Positions 43,170-55,805 of a stretch of 64,000 bases of DNA are shown here, piece after piece. The notes below the pieces were generated by a model. The model saw only the letters and a list, made by a program, of their open reading frames with translations, was not told where the DNA came from and did no database searches. A program made the position numbers and the translations under genes. How positions within the stretch are numbered: the stretch's first letter is position 1; every line of letters begins with the position of its first letter. The stretch is from Dendrobates tinctorius (taxonomy: Eukaryota): the NCBI RefSeq assembly GCF_039654945.1, contig NW_027361804.1:6510001-6574000 (forward strand), in the 5' to 3' direction.

Positions 43170-44330
43170 ATGTCATACTGTCAGTTTATCCGTGTATCTA
43201 ATCCTCTCCTGTGTGATACTGACTGCTGAGCCGTGTATCTAATCCTCTCCTGTGTGATACTGACTGCTGAGCCATGTATCTAATCCTATCCTGTGTGATA
43301 CTGACTGCTGAGCCGTGTATCTAATCCTCTCCTGTGTGATACTGACTGCTGAGCCGTGTATCTAATCCTCTCCTGTGTGATACTGACTGCTGAGCCGTGT
43401 ATCTAATCCTGTCCTGTGTGATACTGACTGCTGAGCCGTGTATCTAATCCTGTCCTGTGTGATACTGACTGCTGAGCCGTGTATCTAATCCTCTCCTGTG
43501 TGATACTGACTGCTGAGCCGTGTATCTAATCCTCTCCTGTGTGATACTGTCTGCTGAGCCGTGTATCTAATCCTATCCTGTGTGATACTGACTGCTGAGT
43601 CGTGTATCTAATCCTCTCCTGTGTGATACTCACTGCTGAGCCGTGTATCTAATCCTCTCCTGTGTGATACTGACTGCTGAGTCGTGTATCTAATCCTCTC
43701 CTGTGTGATACTGACTGCTGAGCTAATGTATCTAATCCTATCCTGTGTGATACTGTGTGCTGAGCCGTGTATCTAATCGTCTCCTGTGTGATACTGTGTG
43801 CTGAGCCGTGTATCTAATCCCCTCCTGTGTGATACTGACTGCTGAGCCGTGTATCTAATCCTATCCTGTGTGATACTGACTGCTGAGTCGTGTATCTAAT
43901 CCTCTCCTGTGTGATACTGACTGCTGAGCTAATGTATCTAATCGTCTCCTGTGTGATACTGTGTGCTGAGCCGTGTATCTAATCGTCTCCTGTGTGATAC
44001 TGTGTGCTGAGCCGTGTATCTAATCCCCTCCTGTGTGATACTGACTGCTGAGCCATGTATCTAATCCTATCCTGTGTGATACTGTGTGCTGAGCCGTGTA
44101 TCTAATCGTCTCCTGTGTGATACTAACTGCTGAGCCGTGTATCTAATCCCCTCCTGTGTGATACTGACTGCTGAGATGTGTATCTAATCCCCTCCTGTGT
44201 GATACAGACTGCTGAGCCGTGTATCTAATCCTCTCCTGTGTGATACTGACTGCTGAGCCGTGTATCTAATCCTCTCCTGTGTGATACTGACTGCTGAGCC
44301 GTGTATCTAATCCTCTCCTGTGTGATACAG
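43170..44330 (+). repeat. Second array of the 41-bp family, ~28 copies
   Basis: Same unit and orientation as 13650-15645. Confidence 0.96.
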
Positions 44331-44637
44331 CTGTTATTGTGGCCTCTGCTCCAGGGCGCCCCTCTCTGGCAGCAGTGCACATTGTGCCCAGTAGGGGGCG
44401 TGTGAGCGCGGTGACATTTGGGGGGTCTCGCCTCCATTAGCCTCTTTCTCTCCGCTCAGGTTTCCTGATGGAATCGGCAGATAGAAAGGGATCAGCGGCG
44501 GCCGAGACACCGATATCAGCAGGAACAATCAGAGGAGACGGAAAGCGATCCATGGTGCGAACAACAATGAAGTGTCCCCCAGTACCGGAGCGCGGAAAAG
44601 GGGGCACCACAGATACCAGAGGAAACTGGGGAACTAC

Positions 44638-47600
44638 GGGGGCACTGTGGATATCACTGTTATTATGGGGGCACTGTGGATATCACTGTTATTATGGGGG
44701 CACTGTGGATATCACTGTTATTATGGGGGCACTGTGGATATCACTGTTATTATGGGGGCACTGTGGATATCACTGTTATTATGGGGAGCACTGTGGATAT
44801 CACTGTTATTATGGGGACACTGTGGATATCGCTGTTATTATGGGAACACTGTGGATATCACTGTTATTATGGGGAGCACTGTGGATATCGCTGTTATTAT
44901 GGGGGCACTGTGGATATCGCTGTTATTATGGGGGCACTGTGGATAACACTGTTATTATGGGGGCACTGTGGATATCACTGTTATTATGGGGGCACTGTGG
45001 ATATCACTGTTATTATGGGGGCACTGTGGATATCGCTGTTATTATGGGGGCACTGTGGATATCGCTGTTATTATGGGGAGCACTGTGGATATCGCTGTTA
45101 TTATGGGGGCACTGTGGATATCGCTGTTATTATGGGGGCACTGTGGATATCACTGTTATTATGGGTGCACTGTGGCTATCGCTGTTATTATGGGGGCACT
45201 GTGGATATCGCTGTTATTATGGGGAGCACTGTGGATATCACTGTTATTATGGGGGCACTGTGGATATCACTGTTATTATGGGAACTCTGTGGATATCGCT
45301 GTTATTATGGGGGCACTGTGGATATCGCTGTTATTATGGGGACACTGTGGATATCGCTGTTATTATGGGGGCACTGTGGATATCGCTGTTATTATGGGAA
45401 CACTGTGGATATCGCTGTTATTATGGGGGCACTGTGGATATCGCTGTTATTATGGGGACACTGTGGATATCGCTGTTATTATGGGGGCACTGTGGATATC
45501 GCTGTTATTATGGGGGCACTGTGGATATCGCTGTTATTATGGGAACACTGTGGATATCGCTGTTATTATGGGGGCACTGTGGATATCGCTGTTATTATGG
45601 GGGCACTGTGGATATCGCTGTTATTATGGGAACACTGTGGATATCGCTGTTATTATGGGGGCACTGTGGATATCGCTGTTATTATGGGGAGCACTGTGGA
45701 TATCGCTGTTATTATGGGGAGCACTGTGGATATCGCTGTTATTATGGGGACACTGTGGATATCGCTGTTATTATGGGAACACTGTGGATATCGCTGTTAT
45801 TATGGGGGCACTGTGTGGATATCGCTGTTATTATGGGAGCACTGTGGATATCGCTGTTATTATGGGGGCACTGTGGATATCGCTGTTATTATGGGGGCAC
45901 TGTGGATATCGCTGTTATTATGGGAGCACTGTGGATATCGCTGTTATTATGGGGGCACTGTGGATATCGCTGTTATTATGGGGAGCACTGTGGATATCGC
46001 TGTTATTATGGGGAGCACTGTGGATATCGCTGTTATTATGGGGGCACTGTGGATATCGCTGTTATTATGGGGGCACTGTGTGGATATCGCTGTTATTATG
46101 GGGGCACTGTGTGGATATCGCTGTTATTATGGGGGCACTGTGTGGATATCACTGTTATTATGGGGGCACTGTGGATATCACTGTTATTATGGGGAGCACT
46201 GTGGATATCGCTGTTATTATGGGGGCACTGTGGATATCACTGTTATTATGGGGAGCACTGTGGATATCACTGTTATTATGGGGGCACTGTGGATATCACT
46301 GTTATTATGGGGAGCACTGTGGATATCGCTGTTATTATGGGGGCACTGTGGATATCGCTGTTATTATGGGAACACTGTGGATATCACTGTTATTATGGGG
46401 GCACTGTGGATATCGCTGTTATTATGGGAACACTGTGGATATCACTGTTATTATGGGGGCACTGTGTGGATATCACTGTTATTATGGGGGCACTGTGTGG
46501 ATATCGCTGTTATTATGGGAACACTGTGGATATCACTGTTATTATGGGGGCACTGTGTGGATATCGCTGTTATTATGGGAACACTGTGGATATCGCTGTT
46601 ATTATGGGGGCACTGTGTGGATATCGCTGTTATTATGGGGGCACTGTGTGGATATCGCTGTTATTATGGGGGCACTGTGGATATCGCTGTTATTATGGGG
46701 GCACTGTGTGGATATCGCTGTTATTATGGGAACACTGTGGATATCACTGTTATTATGGGGGCACTGTGGATATCGCTGTTATTATGGGAACACTGTGGAT
46801 ATCGCTGTTATTATGGGGGCACTGTGGATATCGCTGTTATTATGGGGGCACTGTGGATATCGCTGTTATTATGGGGGCACTGTGGATATCACTGTTATTA
46901 TGGGGGCACTGTGGATATCGCTGTTATTATGGGAACACTGTGGATATCACTGTTATTATGGGGGCACTGTGGATATCGCTGTTATTATGGGGGCACTGTG
47001 GATATCGCTGTTATTATGGGGAGCACTGTGGATATCGCTGTTATTATGGGAGCACTGTGGATATCACTGTTATTATGGGGACACTGTGTGGATATCGCTG
47101 TTATTATGGGAGCACTGTGGATATCACTGTTATTATGGGAACACTGTGGATATCACTGTTATTATGGGGGCACTGTGTGGATATCGCTGTTATTATGGGA
47201 GCACTGTGGATATCACTGTTATTATGGGAACACTGTGGATATCACTGTTATTATGGGGGCACTGTGTGGATATCACTGTTATTATGGGAGCACTGTGGAT
47301 ATCACTGTTATTATGGGGAGCACTGTGGATATCACTGTTATTATGGGAGCACTGTGGATATCACTGTTATTATGGGGAGCACTGTGGATATCACTGTTAT
47401 TATGGGGGGCACTGTGGATATCACTGTTATTATGGGAGCACTGTGGATATCACTGTTATTATGGGGAGCACTGTGGATATCACTGTTATTATGGGGGCAC
47501 TGTGTGGATATCGCTGTTATTATGGGAGCACTGTGGATATCACTGTTATTATGGGAACACTGTGGATATCACTGTTATTATGGGGGCACTGTGTGGATAT

Positions 47601-48984
47601 CACTGTTATTATGGGAGCACTGTGGATATCACTGTTATTATGGGGAGCACTGTGGATATCACTGTTATTATGGGAACACTGTGGATATCACTGTTATTAT
47701 GGGGGCACTGTGTGGATATCACTGTTATTATGGGAGCACTGTGGATATCACTGTTATTATGGGGAGCACTGTGGATATCACTGTTATTATGGGAGCACTG
47801 TGGATATCACTGTTATTATGGGGAGCACTGTGGATATCACTGTTATTATGGGAGCACTGTGGATATCACTGTTATTATGGGAACACTGTGGATATCACTG
47901 TTATTATGGGGGCACTGTGTGGATATCGCTGTTATTATGGGGGCACTGTGGATATCACTGTTATTATGGGAGCACTGTGGATATCACTGTTATTATGGGG
48001 GCACTGTGTGGATATCACTGTTATTATGGGAGCACTGTGGATATCACTGTTATTATGGGGACACTGTGGATATCACTGTTATTATGGGGACACTGTGGAT
48101 ATCGCTGTTATTATGGGGAGCACTGTGGATATCGCTGTTATTATGGGGGCACTGTGGATATCACTGTTATTATGGGGGCACTGTGGATATCACTGTTATT
48201 ATGGGAACACTGTGGATATCACTGTTATTATGGGGGCACTGTGTGGATATCGCTGTTATTATGGGGGCACTGTGGATATCACTGTTATTATGGGAGCACT
48301 GTGGATATCGCTGTTATTATGGGGAGCACTGTGGATATCGCTGTTATTATGGGGAGCACTGTGGATATCGCTGTTATTATGGGAACACTGTGGATATCAC
48401 TGTTATTATGGGGGCACTGTGGATATCGCTGTTATTATGGGGACACTGTGGATATCGCTGTTATTATGGGAACACTGTGGATATCACTGTTATTATGGGG
48501 GCACTGTGGATATCGCTGTTATTATGGGGGCACTGTGGATATCGCTGTTATTATGGGAACACTGTGGATATCACTGTTATTATTGGGGCACTGTGGATAT
48601 CGCTGTTATTATGGGGAGCACTGTGGATATCGCTGTTATTATGGGAACACTGTGGATATCACTGTTATTATGGGGGCACTGTGGATATCACTGTTATTAT
48701 TGGGGCACTGTGGATATCGCTGTTATTATGGGAACACTGTGGATATCACTGTTATTATGGGGGCACTGTGTGGATATCGCTGTTATTATGGGAACACTGT
48801 GGATATCACTGTTATTATGGGGGCACTGTGGATATCGCTGTTATTATGGGGGCACTGTGGATATCGCTGTTATTATGGGGGCACTGTGTGGATATCGCTG
48901 TTATTATGGGAACACTGTGGATATCACTGTTATTATGGGGGCACTGTGGATATCGCTGTTATTATGGGGGCACTGTGTGGATAT
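44638..48984 (+). repeat. 29-31-bp tandem array (GGGGGCACTGTGGATATCRCTGTTATTAT), ~148 copies
   Basis: Direct periodicity; ends ~140 bp before the MRPS35 ATG. Confidence 0.98.
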
Positions 48985-49125
48985 GACGTGATTCCGGGGC
49001 TCCTCTGATATGACGTATGTCGCTCAGTGTAGTGACGTCACTGCTCTCCCGTTGCTCCGCCCCCTCGGTGTTTCGCCTCCTCTCTTACTTTGTCCCTCTT
49101 TTCTCGCCGTCCGCAGTTAGTAGTG
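48980..49125 (+). promoter_or_regulatory. MRPS35 proximal promoter (CpG-rich; CRE and GC box)
   Basis: Palindrome AGTGACGTCACT at 49031-49042 (full CRE); half-CREs TGACG at ~48984 and ~49011; CCGCCC at ~49057; no TATA box. Confidence 0.6.
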
Positions 49126-49225
49126 ATGGCGGCCTCCGTGCTGTTCCGGGCTCCTCTGACCCTCCAGGGCTCCGCCGTGTCCTCGGTGCTGGTGCGGGGC
49201 AGCAGTGCGGTCCCGGCGGTGTCAG
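49126..49225 (+). CDS. MRPS35: Mitochondrial ribosomal protein S35, exon 1 (targeting peptide)
   Basis: ATG 49126; MAASVLFRAPLTLQGSAVSSVLVRGSSAVPAVS; donor GTGAGA; lies in CpG-rich DNA. Confidence 0.85.
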
Positions 49226-49330
49226 GTGAGAGCGGAGATATGCGGGAACCCTGGTGGTGGAACTACTGGTCCCAGCAATTCCGGATACCAGCTACACGAC
49301 ATTCACAACATGCTGTAGCGGCAACCGGCA

Positions 49331-49549
49331 ACCCCCGGCGTCTCCCGGTCCTGTCGGACTGTAACCCCCCCCGGCGTCTCCCGGTCCTGTCGGACTGTAA
49401 CCCCCCCCGGCGTCTCCCGGTCCTGTCGGACTGTAACCCCCCCCGGCGTCTCCCGGTCCTGTCGGACTGTAACCCCCCCCGGCGTCTCCCGGTCCTGTCG
49501 GACTGTAACCCCCCCCGGCGTCTCCCGGTCCTGTCGGACTGTAACCCCC
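49331..49549 (+). repeat. 36-bp VNTR, 6 copies, MRPS35 intron 1
   Basis: CCCCCCCGGCGTCTCCCGGTCCTGTCGGACTGTAAC, near-identical copies. Confidence 0.93.
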
Positions 49550-49610
49550 TGCATGTGCACATAGAGTAAGGAGGATAGGAGTGATTGTTCTCCGGTGTCT
49601 TATTTTCCAG

Positions 49611-49657
49611 GTTCTCACAGAAAACGTCCCGGACAGAGAAATCTGCAGAGGAAGGAG
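49611..49657 (+). CDS. MRPS35: MRPS35 exon 2
   Basis: TTTTCCAG acceptor and GTGAGC donor; 47 nt keeps the frame (GSHRKRPGQRNLQRKE). Confidence 0.8.
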
Positions 49658-49724
49658 GTGAGCGGGGGCGATGAGGAGTAGATGCCGGATTACAGGGTCC
49701 GCAGCCCCCTGTATGACAGCTGGA

Positions 49725-49871
49725 GCCCCCGATATCCCAGTCGGAGGCCCCCGATATCCCAGTCGGAGGCCCCCGATATCCCAGTCGGAGGCCCCCGATA
49801 TCCCAGTCGGAGGCCCCCGATATCCCAGTCGGAGGCCCCCGATATCCCAGTCGGAGGCCCCCGATATCCCA
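49725..49871 (+). repeat. 22-bp VNTR, ~6.5 copies, MRPS35 intron 2
   Basis: GGCCCCCGATATCCCAGTCGGA. Confidence 0.93.
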
Positions 49872-49955
49872 TGTGGAGTTCTGCCCCCTCACCCTGGATA
49901 CATTGTATCAGTCGTATCCTGTTACTAGGTAACCGCCTGTCAATCACTCCCTCAG

Positions 49956-50123
49956 GTCCCGCCTCCTCGCACAGAGAAGATGTCCCCGGAGCAGGAGTGG
50001 AGCAGCATCTTCCCCACCGCCGCCTCCTTCCGGCCGTCCGTGGTCCCGCTGCCCGTGCGCATGGGATACCCCAAAAAGAAGGCGGCGCCCCCGGATAAGA
50101 TCGGAAACCTGGAGCTGCTGAAG
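49956..50123 (+). CDS. MRPS35: MRPS35 exon 3
   Basis: [56 protein letters not shown], matching the MRPS35 motifs [14 protein letters not shown] and GNLELLK. Confidence 0.95.
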
Positions 50124-50201
50124 GTATTGGGGGGGACCACATCAGGAAACTGTGGTGCAGACTACAACTCCCAGCTTCCTCTAGCCTCTATTTTTTTCCA
50201 G

Positions 50202-50262
50202 ATTCCCAACTTCCTGCACTTGACGCCGGCCGCCATCAAGAAGCACTGCGCTGTTCTGAAAG
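50202..50262 (+). CDS. MRPS35: MRPS35 exon 4
   Basis: [20 protein letters not shown]; 61 nt. Confidence 0.95.
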
Positions 50263-50497
50263 GTACCATCCGAAAATCTCATCTTCTCCAGTCACATCCA
50301 AAGCAGCAAATGAAGGGGCGGTAATGCAGCAAGTTGTGACTTCAGCTCTGGATGTGATTGGAGCATATGATGGTATTTCTGATCTATGAGGGGTCCTCAG
50401 ACCGTCACCCGGCGTTCTGTATCCCAGGCCTCCGCTCTGTATATAGGGGTCCAGACAGACGAGGGGCCGCTTATCTCTTCCCTTCCGTCCCCTGCAG

Positions 50498-50637
50498 AGT
50501 TCTGCACCCCGTGGCCGGCGACACTCGCCAGCGATGATTCCTGCAGCCGCCACTTTCCCATCCAGCTCCAGTCCATGGATTACTTGTTCGCTGGACCGTC
50601 ACTCCGCAACCCAAAGGCTCGAGCTGTGACCTTACAG
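50498..50637 (+). CDS. MRPS35: MRPS35 exon 5
   Basis: [47 protein letters not shown]; 140 nt. Confidence 0.95.
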
Positions 50638-50711
50638 GTGGGTGCAGTCCGGTCACTTAGGGGGTCTTCTTCAGGGTCAGTAGTCACTTAATCCCGAGAC
50701 CCTCTCCGCAG

Positions 50712-50821
50712 GTGAAGCTCTCCAGTCTGAACCTGGACACTCATGCCCGGAGGAAGCTGATAAAGCTCGTGGGGCCGCGGTACAACCCCGAGGACGATAC
50801 ACTCACTATCCGCACTGACAG
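50712..50821 (+). CDS. MRPS35: MRPS35 exon 6
   Basis: [36 protein letters not shown](R); 110 nt. Confidence 0.95.
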
Positions 50822-50910
50822 GTAGGACAGACCCCAGTGATGGCAGCGGACCCCCGAATAATATTAGCATTACTGGGTTCCACAACTGACACAATTCTGC
50901 CTCATTCCAG

Positions 50911-50980
50911 GTGTCCAGTCAGGAAACAGAATCAGGACTACGCCCTGTACCTGCTGACCGTCTTATACCACGAGGCCTGG
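50911..50980 (+). CDS. MRPS35: MRPS35 exon 7
   Basis: [23 protein letters not shown]; 70 nt. Confidence 0.95.
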
Positions 50981-50992
50981 GTGCGTAACACA

Positions 50993-51625
50993 TCACCAGC
51001 AGAATAGTGAGCGCAGCTCTGGGGTATAATACAGGTGGTAACTCAGGATCAGTAATGTAATGTATGTACACAGTGACTGCACCAGCAGAATAGTGAGTGC
51101 AGCTCTGGGGTGTAATACAGGAGGTAACTCAGGATCAGTAATGTATGTACACAGTGACTGCACCAGCAGAATAGTGAGTGCAGCTCTGGGGTATAATACA
51201 GGAGGTAACTCGGGATCAGTAATGTATGTACACAGTGACTGCACCAGCAGAATAGTGAGTGCAGCTCTGGGGTATAATACAGGTGGTAACTCAGGATCAG
51301 TAATGTAATGTATGTACACAGTGACTGCACCAGCAGAATAGTGAGTGCAGCTCTGGGGTATAATACAGGAGGTAACTCAGGATCAGTAATGTATGTACAC
51401 AGTGACTGCACCAGCAGAATAGTGAGTGCAGCTCTGGAGTATAATACAGGATGTATCTCAGGATCAGTAATGGAATGTATGTACACAGTGACTGCACCAG
51501 CAGAATAGTGAGTGCAGCTCTGGCGTATAATACAGGAGGTAACTCAGGATCAGTAATGTATGTACACAGTGACTGCACTAGCAGAATAGTGAGTGCAGCT
51601 CTGGGGTATAATACAGGATGTAACC
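50993..51625 (-). repeat. Second array of the 81/86-bp family, ~7.5 copies, MRPS35 intron 7
   Basis: Reverse complement of the unit at 6945-8580. Confidence 0.96.
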
Positions 51626-52386
51626 TAGCATGCATGTCCTATGTGATTGAGCGTGGTGCCCCCCACTGGCTGTGTGGTGGTACTGCGTTCCTGTGTCGCT
51701 GCTTCCTTGCATCCTTTGGCCGCTCCCTGTGCAGCGCTCCTGTCTGCCGCCTGTCACTATGATGTCCTCCCCCGTTCTGCACTCCGCCACCTGATCTCGG
51801 GCCGTTCCCTGTACACAAACCTCCTGGCGCTTTCATTACCTTTCAGTGTCTCATTAATAATTCAGCTCCTGCTCATCGGATGAATTGCCTTTGATTGCCC
51901 TGTATATTTTATGAGCCTCGCTGACACTTGTGATTTTTCCATGATCCGGGGCGAGGGCTTGGGTTGGGTTGCAGGATCCAGGGGGGATCCCGGAGGCAGC
52001 GAGCTCCTGGCTACCCCCCGAGGCACAGCCAGTTGCCTTTGTGTAATTCCCTTCCCGACCATCTGCTGTGGATCTACAACTCCCACAGTGTCCTCACTGC
52101 TGCCGACATCCTGGATGTTGTGGACTGTAGATGTCCAGGTGTCTTGTGCTCTCTGTTATCAGGACACTGCTGATCTGCATCAGAAGCTCATTCATGCTGA
52201 GGTGGCTGATGGCAGAGAGCAATGGCACACTCGTCTCTTCTACAGTCAGCTCCGTGCTGGTGATGGACTATGCTATATTTTATTCTCTAGTCACATCCAA
52301 AGCTGCAAGCAGCAGGGGATGCTGGGAGATTTCAGCTCCTGGTTAATATCTGAATCCTCACATCATGACTTTATTTTATCTGACAG

Positions 52387-52644
52387 AAAACTGAAGCATG
52401 GGAAAGTGAGAAGGAGGAAAGTGACATGGAGGAATACATCTGGGAGGGCAGCCGGTCGCAACAGAACATCCTGGACACGCTCTCCAGGATGCCGGGTAAC
52501 GCCGCCTCCAGCGAACAGATCCTCCAATCGCCCAGTGTGCAGGAATATCGCCGTGCCATGCTGAACCTGCGCAACCAGGGCGAGACTGAGGAAAGCATCA
52601 GCCTCTACAAGCAAAGTGTCAAGAGTCTACTGGGTGTGGCCTAA
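52387..52644 (+). CDS. MRPS35: MRPS35 exon 8 (last)
   Basis: KTEAWESEKEESDMEEYIWEGS...YKQSVKSLLGVA*; total CDS 954 nt, 317 aa. Confidence 0.93.
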   Translation, partial: KTEAWESEKEESDMEEYIWEGSRSQQNILDTLSRMPGNAASSEQILQSPSVQEYRRAMLNLRNQGETEESISLYKQSVKSLLGVA

Positions 52645-52708
52645 ACACGTCACAGGACCTGCCCTCCCCTAAAGACTGACAGAACTGTCATCTGCTGTAA
52701 TTGGACTG

Positions 52709-52714
52709 AATAAA
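52709..52714 (+). terminator. Polyadenylation signal of MRPS35
   Basis: AATAAA 65 nt after the stop codon. Confidence 0.7.
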
Positions 52715-52799
52715 TCAAATTCTTTATTATATGATTGAGATTCACCCTCGTGTGACCCGAAATTATTTAATTGCTTCCCCCCAAAATAGAAAAGCCCCT

Positions 52800-53705
52800 A
52801 GTGGCTCCCCCTAGTGTCGGCTGGATAAATTTATATGTAGTGAGCTCCCCCTAGTGTCGGCTGGATAAATTTATATGTAGTGAGCTCCCTCTAGTGTCGG
52901 CTGGATAAATGTATATGTAGTGAGCTCCCTCTAGTGTCGGCTGGATAAATGTATATGTAGTGAGCTCCCTCTAGTGTCGGCTGGATAAATTTTATATGTA
53001 GCGAGCTCCCTCTAGTGTCGGCTGGATAAATTTATATGTAGCGAGCTCCCTCTAGTGTCGGCTGGATAAATTTATATGTAGCGAGCTCCCTCTAGTGTCG
53101 GCTGGATAAATTTATATGTAGCGAGCTCCCTCTAGTGTCGGCTGGATAAATTTATATGTAGCGAGCTCCCTCTAGTGTCGGCTGGATAAATTTATATGTA
53201 GCGAGCTCCCTCTAGTGTCGGCTGGATAAATTTATATGTAGCGAGCTCCCTCTAGTGTCGGCTGGATAAATTTATATGTAGCGAGCTCCCTCTAGGGTCG
53301 GCTGGATAAATTTATATGTAGCGAGCTCCCTCTAGTGTCGGCTGGATAAATTTATATGTAGCGAGCTCCCTCTAGTGTCGGCTGGATAAATTTATATGTA
53401 GCGAGCTCCCTCTAGTGTCGGCTGGATAAATTTATATGTAGCGAGCTCCCTCTAGTGTCGGCTGGATAAATTTATATGTAGCGAGCTCCCTCTAGTGTCG
53501 GCTGGATAAATTTATATGTAGCGAGCTCCCTCTAGTGTCGGCTGGATAAATTTATATGTAGCGAGCTCCCCCTAGTGTCGGCTGGATAAATTTATATGTA
53601 GCGAGCTCCCCCTAGTGTCGGCTGGATAAATTTATATGTAGCGAGCTCCCCCTAGTGGTGGCTGGATAAATCTGCATGTAGCGAGCTCCCCCTAGTGGTG
53701 GCTGT
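52800..53705 (-). repeat. 40-bp tandem array (GAGCTCCCTCTAGTGTCGGCTGGATAAATTTATATGTAGC), ~22 copies
   Basis: Reverse-complement relative of the 2806-5690 family; lies between the MRPS35 and MANSC4 3' ends. Confidence 0.96.
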
Positions 53706-55167
53706 GTACAGCTATATGAGTGGATTGTGGCTGTGTTCCCGTGAGCTGGGGCTTTGATTTCGGGGTGGATTATGTGGCCTCTTTGTGATGTGAGATGGGA
53801 TAAAGGTCGTTGTGTAAGTTCGGGGCCTGGATTGCACCCATCACACTTTCATACGACACCTCGTAGCAGCTCCAATTTCTGCCACTGACTAAAAGCCTTA
53901 TGTGTTGATGGACGGTGGGGGGGGATAACAAACCTGCCTCGCTGTACGGCTGTTGGCTGTGTTGGACCATAAGTATGTGCACCCCCCCCCCCCTCCTCCT
54001 GTAATCGGTGGCTTTGCTTTCTATAAGCCTGAGATCATCGGACGCACAGCGTCAAGCGCCTGCTGCAGAAATGTAAAGCCACCAGAAGTTGGAAAGGAGG
54101 GAGTGTCCTGTAATTCTAGGACCCCCGACCCGGAGACTTGACCCTTTCCACGCCTGTCTCCTAGGATCATCCTTTGTGGGTGTTTGCCATAATCCCCGGG
54201 GGTCACGGCGCAGGTGACGTCGCCCATCTGATATAATTCTTGCTGTTGACCTCCTCCTAATCTGAGGACACAAAATCTCCATTTCTGGAGCGGATCCAGC
54301 TGCGGTGACCTTCACAGGCCGCTCCCCGAGCAAGAACCCAAACACGGCATCACAGAAGAATGGAGCCATTCTGCGAGACACCCCCCCTGACTAAGGGGAG
54401 GTGGAGGACGGGGGATACACTCATCGCATGGCACGGCAAACAGCTCAGCGCTGATGAGACAAGAAGTAGGAAATTCCTTTAATCCGACATCAATGGGATC
54501 TGTTGCTTTTCCAGATTATCAGACTTTCTGGATTATCAAATATATAACAGGTTAAAAAAGTGCATGTTTTTTAGGTTCTCTTCGCGCTGAAGGTGTGTGT
54601 GGACTTTTGCAACATGCTTTTTACGGCTCAGACAAAAAGCCAAATAGTCTTGATGAAAAATAAATCCGTTTTGTGTATACAGGCACCTAGAAAGGAGAAG
54701 GTGTGTATACTTTTGCTAACAAATCTGTTAGGTCTGCACAGGAGCTGTATACTCATGTGTCCTGTTCTTCCCCCGCAGAAGAATCACAGGACCCGAACTG
54801 CATCGGCATTATTTGTCGTCTGTTGCCGTGGAGACGCATCGCTCTCCCTTGGAGCTGTAGACGCAGAACGGTTGGAAACTTGTCATCAGGACTTTCGATG
54901 CTCTGTGCACTGGAATAGTAAAAAAAAAAACTGCAAAAGTATACGCACCCTGAAGTGTAAGGACAATGTTGCTGTTTTTTTTTGTTTTTTTTTAGGTGCA
55001 AACCTTTAATTATTGGCCCTGATGTCCAGGGGAAATGCTCATGAAGTGTCCTGCGGCTGCAGTGCTGGGGGTGCGGCTGCCTCGCCTGCAGGTAGTTTGG
55101 GGTCTGTCCGTTCCCTCACCTTTCAGTACTGGTATTATCCACCAGGGGGCGTATGGGTGCCCAAGCG

Positions 55168-55805
55168 TCAGTCCTTCTCCTTGAGCAGAGTGCAAGTAAT
55201 GAGGGTCCTTGTGCCGGTCATTGGTGCCCTCCAGGGCCGGTACCTCCCGCGCTGCCGCCTCCTACAGCACCCAAACGCCAGGACCCCCGAGCAGCAGCAC
55301 AATAGGGTCACCGTGGACCCGATCATGGTAGGAAGGGGCCAGAGATTGGCCCAGGTGTCTGCAGGGTCCTCGGTTTCCCCGTCGTATGTTTGGTTCCGGC
55401 CGCCGTGGCCCTTGGTTTCGTTCACGTGCTGTTTGCTGCTGTCCAGGTGCGCAGGGCTCTGCAGCTCCGGTCGATCCAGGGGCGGTGAGGACGGAGGGGC
55501 CTCCTTGTCGGGCAGCCTGGCTCCTTGGGGGAAGACCGGTGTCGTATCTTGAGCAGTGATTGGAGGAGAATAAGTAGGAGCTAAAGAGCGGAGAGGAGAG
55601 TCCGCCGGGGACGGGGGCTGGGGAGGAGGGGGCTGGGTTGCCGGCGGCTCATCATGTGGACTGGTGGGCAACGACTGAGGCTCCTTGGAGTGTCCGAGGG
55701 TCGGAGGCTCCCGGGATATGTTCAGACGCTCCCACTTCAGGGATGACCGAGGGTTCAGGTCGATCTGTCGCAGTTGATCGAATACCAGCAGATCGGGATC
55801 CACAC
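55168..55805 (-). CDS. MANSC4: MANSC4 last exon (Pro/Ser/Thr stalk, TM helix, basic tail)
   Basis: GVDPDLLVFDQ..., TM segment LPTMIGSTVTLLCCCSGVLAFGCC followed by RRRQRGRYRP; total 336 aa. Confidence 0.9.

Noticed and set aside
40065-44640. REP15, which lies just upstream of MRPS35 in human
   Set aside because: No suitable ~230-aa single-exon ORF is visible in the unique segments.
44468-49008. 1346-1507-aa ORFs as a giant repeat protein
   Set aside because: All three frames are open only because the unit lacks stop codons. Unit lengths of 29, 30 and 31 shift frame freely, so there is no sign of coding constraint.
55013-55552. 179-aa plus-strand ORF
   Set aside because: Antisense shadow of the GC-rich MANSC4 last exon.
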